DNA of 61,503 nt, filler included, from an uncultured bacterium (GTDB lineage Bacteria > CAYSBA01), in NCBI GenBank assembly GCA_964429075.1. It is 10 parts of 10 records of this genome, joined end to end, with 100 filler letters (N's around TTAATTAATTAA, not from the genome) between each part and the next. Parts side by side here need not be neighbours in the genome. Positions count along the whole stretch, not along the records: positions 12,645 to 18,805 come from CAYSBA010000091.1; positions 18,906 to 25,051 come from CAYSBA010000092.1; 8 more parts are not named here. One strand, 5' to 3'. This document shows, piece after piece, positions 12,647 to 24,900 of the stretch. The position numbers were made by a program, and so were the translations under genes. Below the pieces are notes generated by a model. That model was not told where the DNA came from. It saw only the letters and a list, made by a program, of their open reading frames with translations, and did no database searches. Every line of letters starts with the position of its first letter. Position 1 is the first letter of the stretch.

Positions 12647-13282
12647 TTTAGATATCCTCTTGTTGAGTTCTTTTCTGCTTTCTTCACTCTCGAGGTCTAT
12701 ATCAAATATGGTTTTTCTCCTGTTGCATTTAAATATCTTCTCTTTGTCTATGCCCTTCTTGTTGTAATTTTCATTGATATTGATTCATTGATCATACCAG
12801 ACAGGGTCACACTTCCCGGTATCCTTTTGTCTATACCATTTGCACTGATAGACCCAGCTGTAGGTATAAAATCTGCTTTACTCGGCATCGTTGTTGGCGG
12901 TGGTTTTTTCTTTGCTATTGCTTATTTTTATCTGGTAGTAAGAAAGATAGAGGCACTTGGTGGTGGTGATGTCAAACTCATGGCTATGATTGGAGGATTT
13001 GTGGGTATAACTGCCATCCCTTTTGTTGTTGTTTTTGCTTCCCTACAGGCCATACTTGTTGGACTTTTTCAATATATCCTGATGAAGTTTGACCTTGCAG
13101 AATCCTATCTAAACAAACTAAAGGAGGTTTCTGATCCAGAAGATCCTATCCCTGAGGATGAGTCTAGTTTTGGTTCTGTTGCGATACCCTTTGGGCCATT
13201 TCTTGCGATTGCCGTCTTAGAATATCTTTTCATCCCTGGCATACAGAACTATATGGAATTTTTATCAAGACTGACCGGCTAA
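12647..13282 (+). CDS. pilD: Prepilin peptidase (A24), 5'-truncated
   Basis: RYPLVE, ID....IIPD, LGGGDVKL..MIG, IPFGPFLA. Confidence 0.93.
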   Translation, partial: FRYPLVEFFSAFFTLEVYIKYGFSPVAFKYLLFVYALLVVIFIDIDSLIIPDRVTLPGILLSIPFALIDPAVGIKSALLGIVVGGGFFFAIAYFYLVVRKIEALGGGDVKLMAMIGGFVGITAIPFVVVFASLQAILVGLFQYILMKFDLAESYLNKLKEVSDPEDPIPEDESSFGSVAIPFGPFLAIAVLEYLFIPGIQNYMEFLSRLTG

Positions 13283-13285
13283 GGC

Positions 13286-14785
13286 ATGAATAGTCTGAGG
13301 TGGAAGATTATACTTTCGTTGATCTTTGTATACACTGCAATGGTGGCTCTTGCCAGTTATACCTTTTATCGATTAGATAAGGCACTGGTAACAAATGTCA
13401 GCAATGAGTACTATAACAGCCTCACAAAGACCATAGAAGGGTTAATCAAGGCAGAGATAAAAAAGGGTATTGATATAAAAACTGTTGCAGATCACCTGCC
13501 CGGCGGAGTTCATCTTTTTAATAGTGAAGGTATGGCGCTCAAAAAGAATGATGAGTCTGTAGAACTAACTCTCTTGATGGCTGCTGATAAGGAAGGACAG
13601 GTCTTCAGACCGGGTATCCCCGGCGACATTGTCTTTCTGAGGAGAATAGACCTATCAAATAATAAGATCTTTCTTGGAATTGATGCACAAAAAAGTGGAA
13701 TAATAGAGCTATTACATGGGACCGGACGGGCATGGCTTATCATCCTTCTGCTTGGTGGAGCCGGTTTCATACTTTCAATGATATTCCTTGTGGAAATGAT
13801 AGTTCTTTTACCACTGAGACGGTTTAAAGAGTGGGTGGACAGGATCTCCAGGGAGGGACTCGATAGCAAAGGGGAAATACAGGATTCTGGTATAACTACT
13901 GAAGAATTCCTGAGTCTTTCAAATTCTTTCAGAGAGATGGTTTATAAACTAAAAAAGCAGGATAGGGCACTTAAGGATAAAATAGAAGAATTCAGAAGGA
14001 TTAATGTTGATCTTAAAACAACAAAAGATCATCTAATTAGATCTGAAAAACTTGCATCTATAGGGAAATTATCTGCAGGAATTGCTCATGAAATAGGGAA
14101 TCCTCTTGGTGCTGTGATTGGTTATATGGAGCTTCTCAGTAGATCCAGAAATCTTGACAACGAGGAGAGGGCGTTTGTAGCCAATTCATTAAAGGAATTA
14201 AAACGCATCAAAAATATAATTAAGGAATTACTTGCCTTTGCAAGGGGGGGTGTCTATCAGGGTAAAATGGAGAGTCTGGATCTAAAAGAGGTCCTAAAGC
14301 AGACAATAGCCCTTGTTAGTCATCAAAAGATTTTCAAAGAGATAGAGATCGAGGCACACTTTTCAGAGACCCCAGCTATTCTTGGTGACAGAGAAAAACT
14401 GAGACAGCTCTTTTTGAACCTTATGTTAAATGGTGCACAGGCACAGAATGGAAGAGGGAAACTCAGAATAGAGCTGTTTACTATACGTTGGTCTGATATA
14501 AAGGATGGTTACAAACACAGACCAGAAAAAGTGATACCTCCCTTCAGACAGGACATTAAGCTTGCCGTTGCTGTATCCATCAAAGACTGGGGACCGGGTA
14601 TAGAGGAAAAAGATATAAATCGGATATTTGATCCCTTCTTTTCAACAAAGGATGTTGGAGAGGGGACAGGACTTGGTCTTACGGTAGCACAACAGATTGC
14701 AGAAAATCATGGGGGTATGATAACTGTCAGCTCAAAACCAGCTAAGGGTTCTACATTCTATGTATTTTTTCCTGCAAAACAGTAG
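13286..14785 (+). CDS. Membrane sensor histidine kinase (2 TM, HAMP, HisKA, HATPase)
   Basis: SEKLASIG.LSAGIAHEIGNPL, N box, DWGPGI, IFDPFFSTK, GTGLGL. Confidence 0.93.
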   Translation: MNSLRWKIILSLIFVYTAMVALASYTFYRLDKALVTNVSNEYYNSLTKTIEGLIKAEIKKGIDIKTVADHLPGGVHLFNSEGMALKKNDESVELTLLMAADKEGQVFRPGIPGDIVFLRRIDLSNNKIFLGIDAQKSGIIELLHGTGRAWLIILLLGGAGFILSMIFLVEMIVLLPLRRFKEWVDRISREGLDSKGEIQDSGITTEEFLSLSNSFREMVYKLKKQDRALKDKIEEFRRINVDLKTTKDHLIRSEKLASIGKLSAGIAHEIGNPLGAVIGYMELLSRSRNLDNEERAFVANSLKELKRIKNIIKELLAFARGGVYQGKMESLDLKEVLKQTIALVSHQKIFKEIEIEAHFSETPAILGDREKLRQLFLNLMLNGAQAQNGRGKLRIELFTIRWSDIKDGYKHRPEKVIPPFRQDIKLAVAVSIKDWGPGIEEKDINRIFDPFFSTKDVGEGTGLGLTVAQQIAENHGGMITVSSKPAKGSTFYVFFPAKQ

Positions 14786-15969
14786 GACCTGAAACGCTCT
14801 TTTACCTGATATGCAAAGGCCTCCAGACGCGTATCAAGATGGGTTGGCTTTTGGCCATCCAGTGTAAGATCCAGCCAAGGTATATTTTTAAGGTCAGTTT
14901 TTACAGATTCCAAAAGTCCTCTCATAATCATCCCTGGCATGCAACCAAAGGGTGATATAGTGACAATTCCAGATACACCTATGTGTTTTACAACCTCGCA
15001 GGATTTTCCAATAGAGAGGATTGCCTCACCAAATATCCTCTTTGACAAATAGTTTGATCCAAGAGAAATAATTGTCTCTATCGGTGGGTTAAGGGTCTTT
15101 CTGCCAAGTATGGGATAAAATGGCTCAGAAAGCATGATTTCATCAGTCCTCTGAAAGGCATCAACAATGATACCTCCAAGTGCCTTGGAAAATCTATTGC
15201 TTTCAATTGCCCTGATGCGGTTTGCAAAGTTCACATAGTAGAACCATTCTGAAAATGGGGTCTCAACCACCTCAAATCCAAGGGATAACAACCTCTTTCT
15301 GATCCATGCATTTGAGAAATCATTGTAACGGATATAGATTTCACCTATCAGCGCAACCATTGGAACAGGCTCATTGTCCTTCTGAATAAAAGAGTTAAAA
15401 TCTTCTGCCAGCAGCCTTGCAAGTTGAAAGAGATCCCTTCCTTCCTCGATCCAGCGAACGATCGCCTTCAAAGATTTGTTGTAGAGTATATCTACAGTCT
15501 CTCCAACAATCTGCCACAGTCTGTTGCGTGCAGCAGAGATAAGATCCACAAGGACAAATCCCTGCCAGGTGGCACGTTTGAATTCTAAAAACTGTTCCTT
15601 TGTGCTGTATATGTCACTATAACCTTCTGTGTCATCACCACCAACAAACCTTATCCTTCCATAGCCGGCCCTTTCTAACATCAAAGATTGTATCGGCGTA
15701 TACTGACCAAACCTGCAGGGACCTTTTGATTTTGCCATAAAAAAGGCATCCTTTTCTGGATCAAAGATTCCGTCATTGATTGCCTTAATCAGATCTCCAA
15801 GGGTAATAGAGAAGGGAAGACACTCTCTATCTGACATTGCTTTACCAAGTTTGAGAGACTGGCTATCAGAAGGAGGTAATACCTCTGCGTCTACCCCAGT
15901 CTTCCTGAAGGCTGCGGCCATGGCATAGGCATGATCACACATATGAGGTATGTAAAGTCTACCCTGCAT
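14758..15969 (-). CDS. Partner of CoA-substrate-specific enzyme activase (2-hydroxyacyl-CoA dehydratase-like)
   Basis: RECLP, GPCRFGQY, GEIYIR.N..SN, GEA.LSIG, PFGCMPG, TRLEAF motifs; overlaps the upstream activase gene. Confidence 0.8.
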   Translation of the reverse strand: MQGRLYIPHMCDHAYAMAAAFRKTGVDAEVLPPSDSQSLKLGKAMSDRECLPFSITLGDLIKAINDGIFDPEKDAFFMAKSKGPCRFGQYTPIQSLMLERAGYGRIRFVGGDDTEGYSDIYSTKEQFLEFKRATWQGFVLVDLISAARNRLWQIVGETVDILYNKSLKAIVRWIEEGRDLFQLARLLAEDFNSFIQKDNEPVPMVALIGEIYIRYNDFSNAWIRKRLLSLGFEVVETPFSEWFYYVNFANRIRAIESNRFSKALGGIIVDAFQRTDEIMLSEPFYPILGRKTLNPPIETIISLGSNYLSKRIFGEAILSIGKSCEVVKHIGVSGIVTISPFGCMPGMIMRGLLESVKTDLKNIPWLDLTLDGQKPTHLDTRLEAFAYQVKERFRSYCFAGKNT

Positions 15970-18805
15970 GGTGCCTTTTGTTTATGTCACGATTTATGAA
16001 GGAATCGATCCTTGTCTCAAGTCCTACCGAAGTGGTGTGTTCGTCAATCTCTACTTCAAGTAGGCCTTTTTTGCCGATCGCCTCTCTTAAGTATGATACA
16101 AAAAACGAATCCGGTCCACATTTAAAGCAGGTGAGAAAAAGTGCCCTTGAATCCTGTGAAAGCTGGAGTGATCGATTGTATAGATCCAGCATCTTTTGTG
16201 GCCTCGTCCAGTATATGTATTGAAAAAGGTCAGAAGGCCTATATGAAATATAAGGCAGATGCAAGAAGAAATCTGATGCACCAGATTGTTGGATTATCTT
16301 GGGGATATCTAAATTTAACAGTGGATCAAATAGCACATAGCTCCTTGTCAGTATAGGTACTACAATGTTGCTGCCATTCATCCTTTCAACAATAGATCTG
16401 TTTAGATTTTTGAGATATTCAAGATGCATGTGCCATGCCCTTTCTGATGCTAATAATATTTTCTTTTTCTGTCTGTTTAGCTGTTTTGATAGATCTTCCA
16501 GATTAAGAAACCTTGGTGCCAGATCATCCTGTAATATCATCTGGGTCGATATGGTATCTATCTTCAGCTGAGATCTTACAAGATGGGGAAAGGACTGAAC
16601 GATATTACAATTGTGGGATTCCACAAAAAAAGATCGCTTCAGATTTGTCTTTATGATTGTAGGAATAAAGACCCTATAATTCTGGGTTGCAGCCTTTTTT
16701 GCCCTTGCCAGTGATACCTTGATAGGGAGACATGTGTCTACAGAAAACTCCTTCTTTATAATATCATATTCATCTCTACTGATATCCAACCCAAAATCTA
16801 CAGGAATTTTAAGCTCTCTAAAAAGGAAAACAAGGTATGGTAAAAGATCCCATACATCCAGCACCAATGGTATAGTAAATTGTGGATCACCATCAATATT
16901 ATACCTATTTATAAGATTGATAAATTCATCTCTCATATAATCTATATTTGTATATATGGGAGCCTCTTTCAGTCCGTCGTATCTACCACACCTGCCACCT
17001 GAGAAAAGGCGTTTGCTACCACTTTTGAGAACGCATATTGCACAACTCTGGCTGCATTTTCTACATGTAAAGGTATCAATTTTTAAGTCACTGTAAAGAC
17101 TATCTTGTTTGAGCTCTGCCCCCTCTTCGAGTGCATATAATGCTATACCATAAGCGCCGGTAAACATGTGGTCCTCCGGGACAATAATCTCTCGATCAAG
17201 CAGGGTAGAAAAGGCCGAGACAACCGATCTATTTCCTGCAACACCTCCGAGAAAAACAATTTTTTCAATATGTTTCAGTGAGTTTTTAATATCAGGCATT
17301 GTGGATAAAAAATTGTGTGCAATGGCATAAGATAGACCGGCGCAAACATCTTCTACAGCCACACCTTTCTGGATCAGGCTAACAACATCGGATTCGATAA
17401 ACACAGTGCATCTTGATTCGAAGAATACGGGTCTTTTTGCCCTTAGCGCAAGCTTCGAAAACTCTTCCTTCAGGTCTATTCCCATTCTTTCTGCCTGCTC
17501 TTCAAGGAACTGTCCTGTACCGGCCGCACAGGCCTTGTTCATAGCAAATCGACTGATCTGCCCATCCTTTACTTCTATAAACTTTGAGTCCTGCCCACCG
17601 ATCTCTATTATACAGAAATCGCCCTCTATAATCTGAGATGCACCCTTGGCATGACTTATAATCTCTGGTCTTGTAATAGAACCTTTTAAAAGCTCAGACA
17701 GCAGTTTTCTTCCAGAACCTGTAAGACCTACACCAAAGGGTCTATACCTCTCAACAGTAGAGAGGATCATCTTTATGTTTTCATTTGACTCAGCGCTGTT
17801 TTTAAAGCTTTCTCTATGGACTATTCTGCCATTTCTATCAATAAGAACAATCTTGGTATATGAAGATCCAATGTCTATACCCATCCATGTTTTAGGGCCA
17901 ACTGCTTCATTTGATGAAGTGTTTGGATCTGTCTTTATTGATGTTATTATCTTTTCATTAGGTTTTAGGGCAGGTAAATAACTCAAACAGAGAGTTTCCT
18001 CCTCTTCTGTAACAGGACCCGGCTTTGTTATATCATCATTAACACATAAGGCAATAGCTGCACCTATCGCAGGCATAAACCTGTATTCCTTCGGGATTAT
18101 CAGATCATTCTCTTTTATATTCAGGGTCTCTATGAGTGCCTTCCTCAGTGCAGGATTTGCTGCACATCCACCCTGAAAGATAATAGGAGGTAAGATCTCC
18201 TTACCACTTGCAAGTTCCATCACAAGATTTCTTACAAGTGCAAGATGTAATGCCATAGCAATATCCCTGAGTGGAACCCCCTGCTGTCTTAGATGGATCA
18301 CATCTGTCTTTGCAAATACAGAACAACGACCTGCCACTGATGGAGGTCTTTTTGAAAGTAGTGCTTCTTTTGCAAAATCCTCGATTGATATGTTATAATA
18401 TCTTGCTACAAGTTCGAGGAAACTTCCAGTACCTGCTGCACACTGACTGTTTAGCCTGAAATCCTCTATGCCCTCTGAATTCAAAAATATTACTTTGGTA
18501 TCCTGCCCGCCTATCTCAATCACCGTCTTTGATGCAGGATAGAGTTGTTTTACAGCATAGTATTGAGCAACAACCTCATTTATGTGTGGAATACCCTTTT
18601 TTTGAGAGAAGAATTTTCCTCCCGAACCGGTACAGACTATATTTTTTAATCCCTTAAAATTCTTGTAATAATCGTATAGTTCGTTTGCAACCCTGAATGG
18701 ACGTGATCTGTGATATATATATCTTTTTTCAAGCAGATTCAGGTTATCATCAAGAATTACACCCTTTACTGTTGTCGATCCTATGTCAATAACAAGATAC
18801 AAACC
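15959..18805 (-). CDS. Acyl-CoA dehydratase activase-like protein (two BadF/BcrAD ASKHA ATPase domains plus DUF2229-like region)
   Basis: Two copies of DIGS..K, EIGGQD.K, CAAGTG.FLE, RC.VF; later CRKCSQSC, FKCGPDSF, EIDEH. Confidence 0.9.
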   Translation of the reverse strand, partial: GLYLVIDIGSTTVKGVILDDNLNLLEKRYIYHRSRPFRVANELYDYYKNFKGLKNIVCTGSGGKFFSQKKGIPHINEVVAQYYAVKQLYPASKTVIEIGGQDTKVIFLNSEGIEDFRLNSQCAAGTGSFLELVARYYNISIEDFAKEALLSKRPPSVAGRCSVFAKTDVIHLRQQGVPLRDIAMALHLALVRNLVMELASGKEILPPIIFQGGCAANPALRKALIETLNIKENDLIIPKEYRFMPAIGAAIALCVNDDITKPGPVTEEEETLCLSYLPALKPNEKIITSIKTDPNTSSNEAVGPKTWMGIDIGSSYTKIVLIDRNGRIVHRESFKNSAESNENIKMILSTVERYRPFGVGLTGSGRKLLSELLKGSITRPEIISHAKGASQIIEGDFCIIEIGGQDSKFIEVKDGQISRFAMNKACAAGTGQFLEEQAERMGIDLKEEFSKLALRAKRPVFFESRCTVFIESDVVSLIQKGVAVEDVCAGLSYAIAHNFLSTMPDIKNSLKHIEKIVFLGGVAGNRSVVSAFSTLLDREIIVPEDHMFTGAYGIALYALEEGAELKQDSLYSDLKIDTFTCRKCSQSCAICVLKSGSKRLFSGGRCGRYDGLKEAPIYTNIDYMRDEFINLINRYNIDGDPQFTIPLVLDVWDLLPYLVFLFRELKIPVDFGLDISRDEYDIIKKEFSVDTCLPIKVSLARAKKAATQNYRVFIPTIIKTNLKRSFFVESHNCNIVQSFPHLVRSQLKIDTISTQMILQDDLAPRFLNLEDLSKQLNRQKKKILLASERAWHMHLEYLKNLNRSIVERMNGSNIVVPILTRSYVLFDPLLNLDIPKIIQQSGASDFFLHLPYISYRPSDLFQYIYWTRPQKMLDLYNRSLQLSQDSRALFLTCFKCGPDSFFVSYLREAIGKKGLLEVEIDEHTTSVGLETRIDSFINRDINKRHHAG

Positions 18806-18905
18806 NNNNNNNNNNNNNNNNNNNNNNNNNNNNNNNNNNNNNNNNNNNNTTAATTAATTAANNNNNNNNNNNNNNNNNNNNNNNNNNNNNNNNNNNNNNN
18901 NNNNN

Positions 18906-21900
18906 CTCATACACACCTTCTGCATGAAACAGGATTGATGGGAATTGATAGAAATACCCTGGAGGAACAACTTTCAATTTTGCATAAGAGGTGTTTTTAA
19001 GTTCAACAAAATATAGACCATCTTTTGTTGTCTTTTGAGACTGACATCCTTCACAAATTTTATCTTCAGCAAGAAGTTTTTCAGATTCATCTAATATCTG
19101 AATTACTGCATCTTTGATTGGCCTGCCGCTCTTTGCATCGTATACCACACCAGATGGGATCACAGGTAGATCGAGATCTTCCAGTTTACTCTCAATCTCA
19201 AGATTTTTTTTGCTTATAAAAGCACCTCCAGATGAATACAGCTTTAAATCGGTTACAAAAGATGGAAGATCCCTTATCAGGAATTTTCCATCCTCATCAG
19301 TAATATCCTTAATCTCAGTAAGATTTGTAAGGGTGACGGTAAAGTCTGAAAGGGCGAGGTCGACATCTTTTGAGAATGATCCGTCAGGCTCCCCACGGTC
19401 CCAGAAAACCCTGCCAGATATGTAGTTTGTTCCGAGAACACCGCCCACTACAAATGATACTGTGTTTGTAAAACCCTCGTTATGCTCAGTCTTCCACTGT
19501 ATGTAGTTTTTTATTATCGATTTTGGTCTTGTCTCTTTTTTAATATCAACCCTGAAGCTGACAGATGTCTTCCCACCCGGATCAATAGATAGGCCTTCGA
19601 TTCTTAACCTGATATTCTGTTGATCCGTTTGAACGTTCCAGGATGCACCTTCTGGCAGGCTTAAAACCTTGGGATTTTCAAAATAATCTGCGAGTGGATC
19701 CTCAAGGATAAGGGAAGATACCTTGTTGTTTCCTCTATTTTCTACTACCACTGTAAAATCAATTCTGTCTCCGGGAAGGACCTCACCACCTTCTGGATCC
19801 TCTGCGTAGAGCCGTGATATAATTATGTCCTGAGTGGAACATGATGGAAGGGTTGTCTTTTCCTTTTCGGATGTCTCAGTTATTGAATCTGAAAGTACCA
19901 CAAAGTTGTTGTATGTTAACATTGCCTGATTTGAAATATCATCAACACAGTCTATAACATCTGTCTGAAATTCAATCTCAACGGTTTGGCCTGGCTCTAT
20001 TTTATCTATATAAAACTCGAGTAGTTTTTGGTCGTCGATATATTGAAAGGGATCATCATCATGTTCGTCGGTAAGATCTTTTTCATCTATCTTTGCAGAG
20101 TCTTTCACATATGACAGTCCTTCTGGTATTGTATCAGTAACATAAACCCCCTCTGCAGGTGCACTTCCTGTATTTGTTATCAGCATCTGAAAACCAATTA
20201 CATCTCCCTGATCCAAAAATCCTTCTGTTCCTCCATCTTTTACGAAAAACCACTTTTTGTAGAAGCTCTGTAAATCTGGACCACCACCTAGGATAAAATA
20301 GGTTGGATCTGATTTTACATTGGGGGTAGCTGGATTATCGGTAAGCCACTCTGAATTGTCACCTCTGGATAGGATCTTTCCCTGATTCCAGATTACAATA
20401 CCCGAAGGTAGATCATCCTTGATCCTTACTCTGAACTCCACAATTGCCTCTGTTGATGTATCAGATCGGTCGTAGATCAAAACAACCCCATCTGGTGTCC
20501 CGGGTTTTGCAGACTTTATCGTCATTCCATTCAAAAAGGGGGCTAATCCGTTTACATCATCTACAGGTATCCCATTCAATCTTGTTGATCCCTCAACATA
20601 ATAGGTGCCTTCGGGAATTACATCGTAGAATACTGTATCCTGTGAGTCCTTTGCACCTGTATTTTTTATCCTTATTCTGTAGAGGATCTCATCACCGGCA
20701 ACAGGCTCTCTACCGTTGAGGTCGAAATACTCCTTTGTAGAATCACCAAGATATGGCTCTGCAACCACCTCAAAACTAGTTGCATCGTCCGGTTCCGGGG
20801 TAGTGGGATCATCACTCGGATATTCCACCCCTTCTGATGAAACTGTAGCCTGATTTGAGATTATAGTGCCATCTTCTACATCAGACTTGATACGGGCATC
20901 AAACTTTAAGACCACAGCATTTTCCTCGCCAGGGTATACCAGTGATAGCTCTGGTGTTGTATCAGGGTCCCACCTAATTGTATTGCCGTCCAGGAGTCCC
21001 CCCTGATATACAACTATTGATTCAAGGTGATCTACATCTACAGGGTCTGTTACAACCACATTATGTGCTGGTGCTGTCCCTCTATTTACTACTCTTATTT
21101 CATAATTAATCCAGTCTTTTGGAATTACCTGTCCACCATTTGCATCTAAGTATGACTTTATGGTTGTACTGAGATCTGCACCAGGGACAACTAAAAACTG
21201 TGTTGGATCATCTGGTACTGCTGTGGATGGATCGTCACTTAAAAATGGGTCAATATCCTGTATGTCAATCTTTGCCTGATTGACAACAAGATAGCCAGGA
21301 AGTGTGCTATCTTTTATTCTGCAAACAATTTCAAGCTCTTTTTCTTGAGAGGGTGCAAGGTGTGATAGCTCAAATACCACTCTATCGGATTCTATCCTCC
21401 CCTCTGTGGCTGAGATTATTTTAAGTGCATCTGTATCTATAGGGTCAGTCAGGACTATATTTTCTGCATCAACTGTACCTGTATTTCTAAATTTTATAGT
21501 GTATTTTATCCTTGCACCAGGTATAAAATTATCGTCAACAGGACTGACAACATCGGTAAACTCATCGATCCATGGAAATCTAATCTGTAACACCGCTGGA
21601 TCTTCATAGAGATCTGTGGTCTCTGGCCAATCTGTTTTAAGTGTATCTGTGATCTGATCAAAGTTGATAAATCCCTGAATCGGGATATTGGTGCCATTCT
21701 CTACGGTCTGTTTTATCCTTATCTTAAAGTGTAGGTCTATCGATTCGCCTTCAGAAAGGCTTTTAAGCTTCTGGTTAGTTGTCGAATCCCAGTATATATC
21801 TCCATTGTTGTAAATGCCTCCATCCTGCAATTCTTCGATAGAAATCATGTCAGCAAGACTGGCTATCGGCACCTTTACTACAAGGTTGGTAGCATCTATT

Positions 21901-24900
21901 CCACCGTTGTTGGTGATCGTTAACACAAAGTCTGCTACGTCCCCCGGCATCAAATAGCCACCATTTTGATCAACATAGCTTAGAGTCGCACCTCTTATGT
22001 CAGGAAGTTCTCTTACAGTAAATTCTGTTGGATCATCAGGTTCTGGTGTGACAGGATCGTCACTCTGATAATGGTTATTCTGCTGGTCTATTAATATGGC
22101 CTGATTGGTGATTACAGTACCATCTGTAATATAGTTCTTGATAGTGGCAGAAAAATGTAAATATAGGGTATTTTCTTCACCAGGTAAAAGATTATCAATA
22201 TTCCAGGTTATCTTTCTGTTAAATAGATCAAAACTACCACCATCTTCAACCTCGATGTCCATCAACCAAGGATCAACCCTGTCCTGGACAACTGCTTTTT
22301 TCAGTGTATCATCACCGGTATTATAGATCTTGATAGTATAATAAATCCTTTCACCCGGTACACTCCATAGATCTCTCGTAAGTCTTCTACCTGCCGAATC
22401 AAACACCTCTTTTTCAATATTTATCTTTGGCGATGATACAACATCAAAGCTCGTAGGATCATCCTTCTCCTCTGTTGTTGGGTCGTCTGTTGGGAATGGA
22501 TCAGCTACATCATCTGCACTTATAAAGGCCTGATTGGATATTGTTGTCCCATTTTCTATTGGTAGTTTTAATTTTGCTCTGAAGTACAACGACACAGAGC
22601 TTCCGGGTGGTATTCTCTTTAGCTCATTTACATCTTCATAGCTGAAGATAATGGTGTGACCATCAATTCTTGCAGATGTGATCGGTTCTATCTCTTCAAA
22701 ATATTCATCAACAGGGTCTGTTACAATAACATTTCTGGCTGACTGATCACCACTGTTTATTACTACAATCTTATAGGTGATCCAGTCGCCAGGATGTGGC
22801 ATTTGTCCATTTTCATCTGAGTATATCTTTGTAGACTCACTGAGATCCACTGTAGATATAACCTGTACAACTGTAGGATCATCTTGTTCTGATGTTCTTG
22901 GATCGTCGGAGTAGATTGTATCATTATGTCCTTCATAGGTAACAAAGGCCTGATTTGCTATCCTTGTACCATTTGGAGTATCCACAGAGACTGTTGCAAA
23001 AAAGCTGAGGTTCACTTTGTCTCCTGGCTGGAGGGATTGAAGCTCTTGTGTTGTTGTATAATCCCACCTTATTTTATTTCCGTTGATTATTCCTCCAGAG
23101 TCGGGCTGGATACCCACCAGATGGGAATCGATTGGATCCAGTACAACAATATCTTTTGCAGGTGCATGACCTCTGTTCTCAATTGTTATTGTATATTTTA
23201 ATATATCTGAAGGTCTTGTTATGTCAGGTTCACCACTTAAATCCTCTACACTCTTTGTAACAAAAAGATCTGGTTTTGCAGTTACAATAAAGGTTGTTGG
23301 ATCATCTATCTGTGGTGTTGATGGATCATCACTAAGAGCCTCAATACCCTCTGATGATACAGTTGCCTGATTGCTTACAACCGTACCATCTGTCAAAGAC
23401 AGTGATATTCTTGCTCTTATCCTTAGTTCTATACTTTCTCCTTTAAGCAACTGTGGAACAATCCATTCGACCGTTTCATCTGACAATAGATTTCCACCAT
23501 CCATGGGCTCAATTTCAGAGAAACTGCCTGATGGTAGTGAATCTATAACATGTACATTTTGGGCATCTTTACCTCCTGTATTTATCACCCTGATCCTGTA
23601 TATGACCCAATCACCAGGTTCGTAGAGCCCATCATCGTCTTCGAGCAAGACCTCTTTTGTAGTGTCTGAAAAATCTGGTTTTGCAACCACAACAAAATTG
23701 GTTGGATCGTCTAACTGTGGTGTTGTTGGATCATCGGTAAGCTGTGTCAAATTTCCTCCCGTAATTGATGCCTGATTGGACACTACCGTACCATCGGGTG
23801 TGTCATCTTTTATCCTTGCTATGAAGTAGAGCTCAATCTGTCCGGAAAAATCTGAAAGTTGAGGCGTTGATGAAGGATCCCACCGGATTGTCCCATCTTT
23901 AAGTGTTCCACCTTGGCCGATTTCTACCTCTTCGAGCCACGAACTGAGAGGATCTTTAACCGTTACATCAGAAGGTGAATCACCGGTATTTTTTACCACC
24001 AGTGTATATTTAACAAGGTCACCAGGTTCAAAATATCCTCCATTCAGGTCTTCTACGACCTTTGTGGAATCTGAAAAATCAGGACTACTTGTGATATAAA
24101 ATACAGTTGGATCGTCTAATTGGGGTGTTGCAGGATCGTCCGTTGGTATTCTGTTACTATTTTGATCAGTTATAAAGGCCTGGTTTGAGACTGCTGTTCC
24201 ATCCAGAAGAAGGTTCTTTAGTCTTGCCTTAAACCTGATCTCTACTGTCTGTTGTGGGTCTATATGTGACAATCCAGATACAGTGGATTGATCCCAGATG
24301 ATCTTCTGTCCATCAAACACACCAGGAGTTATAAGCTGGATGTTATCAAATTTTGTCATATCTATCTCATCCTCTACCACTACCGCACCCTCAGCACTTA
24401 CACCACTATTAATAACCTTTATAATGTATTCTACCCATTGCCCGGGCCTGAAGCCTCCGCCATCTAAGTCTATAACCTCCTTTGTAGATCCACTTAGATC
24501 TGCCCTGTTGTAGACCTGTACCTTGGTAGGGTCATCAGGCTGCGATGTTAGAGGATCATCTGATAGGATGCCATCCTGATCAAGTCGGTGCTTGATCTGT
24601 GCCTGATTTGAGATGATATATCCATCTGGTGTATTTAAAGCTACCTTTGTATGATATGTGAGGGTAACCCCTATTGAGGGATCTATTCTGAGTAGAGATG
24701 GGTTATCCTGGAATGTAAATGTGATACTCTTTGTGTTTGCATCAAAAGTACCCCCATCAACCAGCACATCTGTGAGATATTGATCGAGTACATCCTTTAC
24801 AGTTACATCCTCTGCAGGGCGATTACCATTGTTTGTTATTGTAATAGTATAGTCTATTGTATCACCTGGGTCTGCAATCCTGCCACCCTGACCGCTCACT

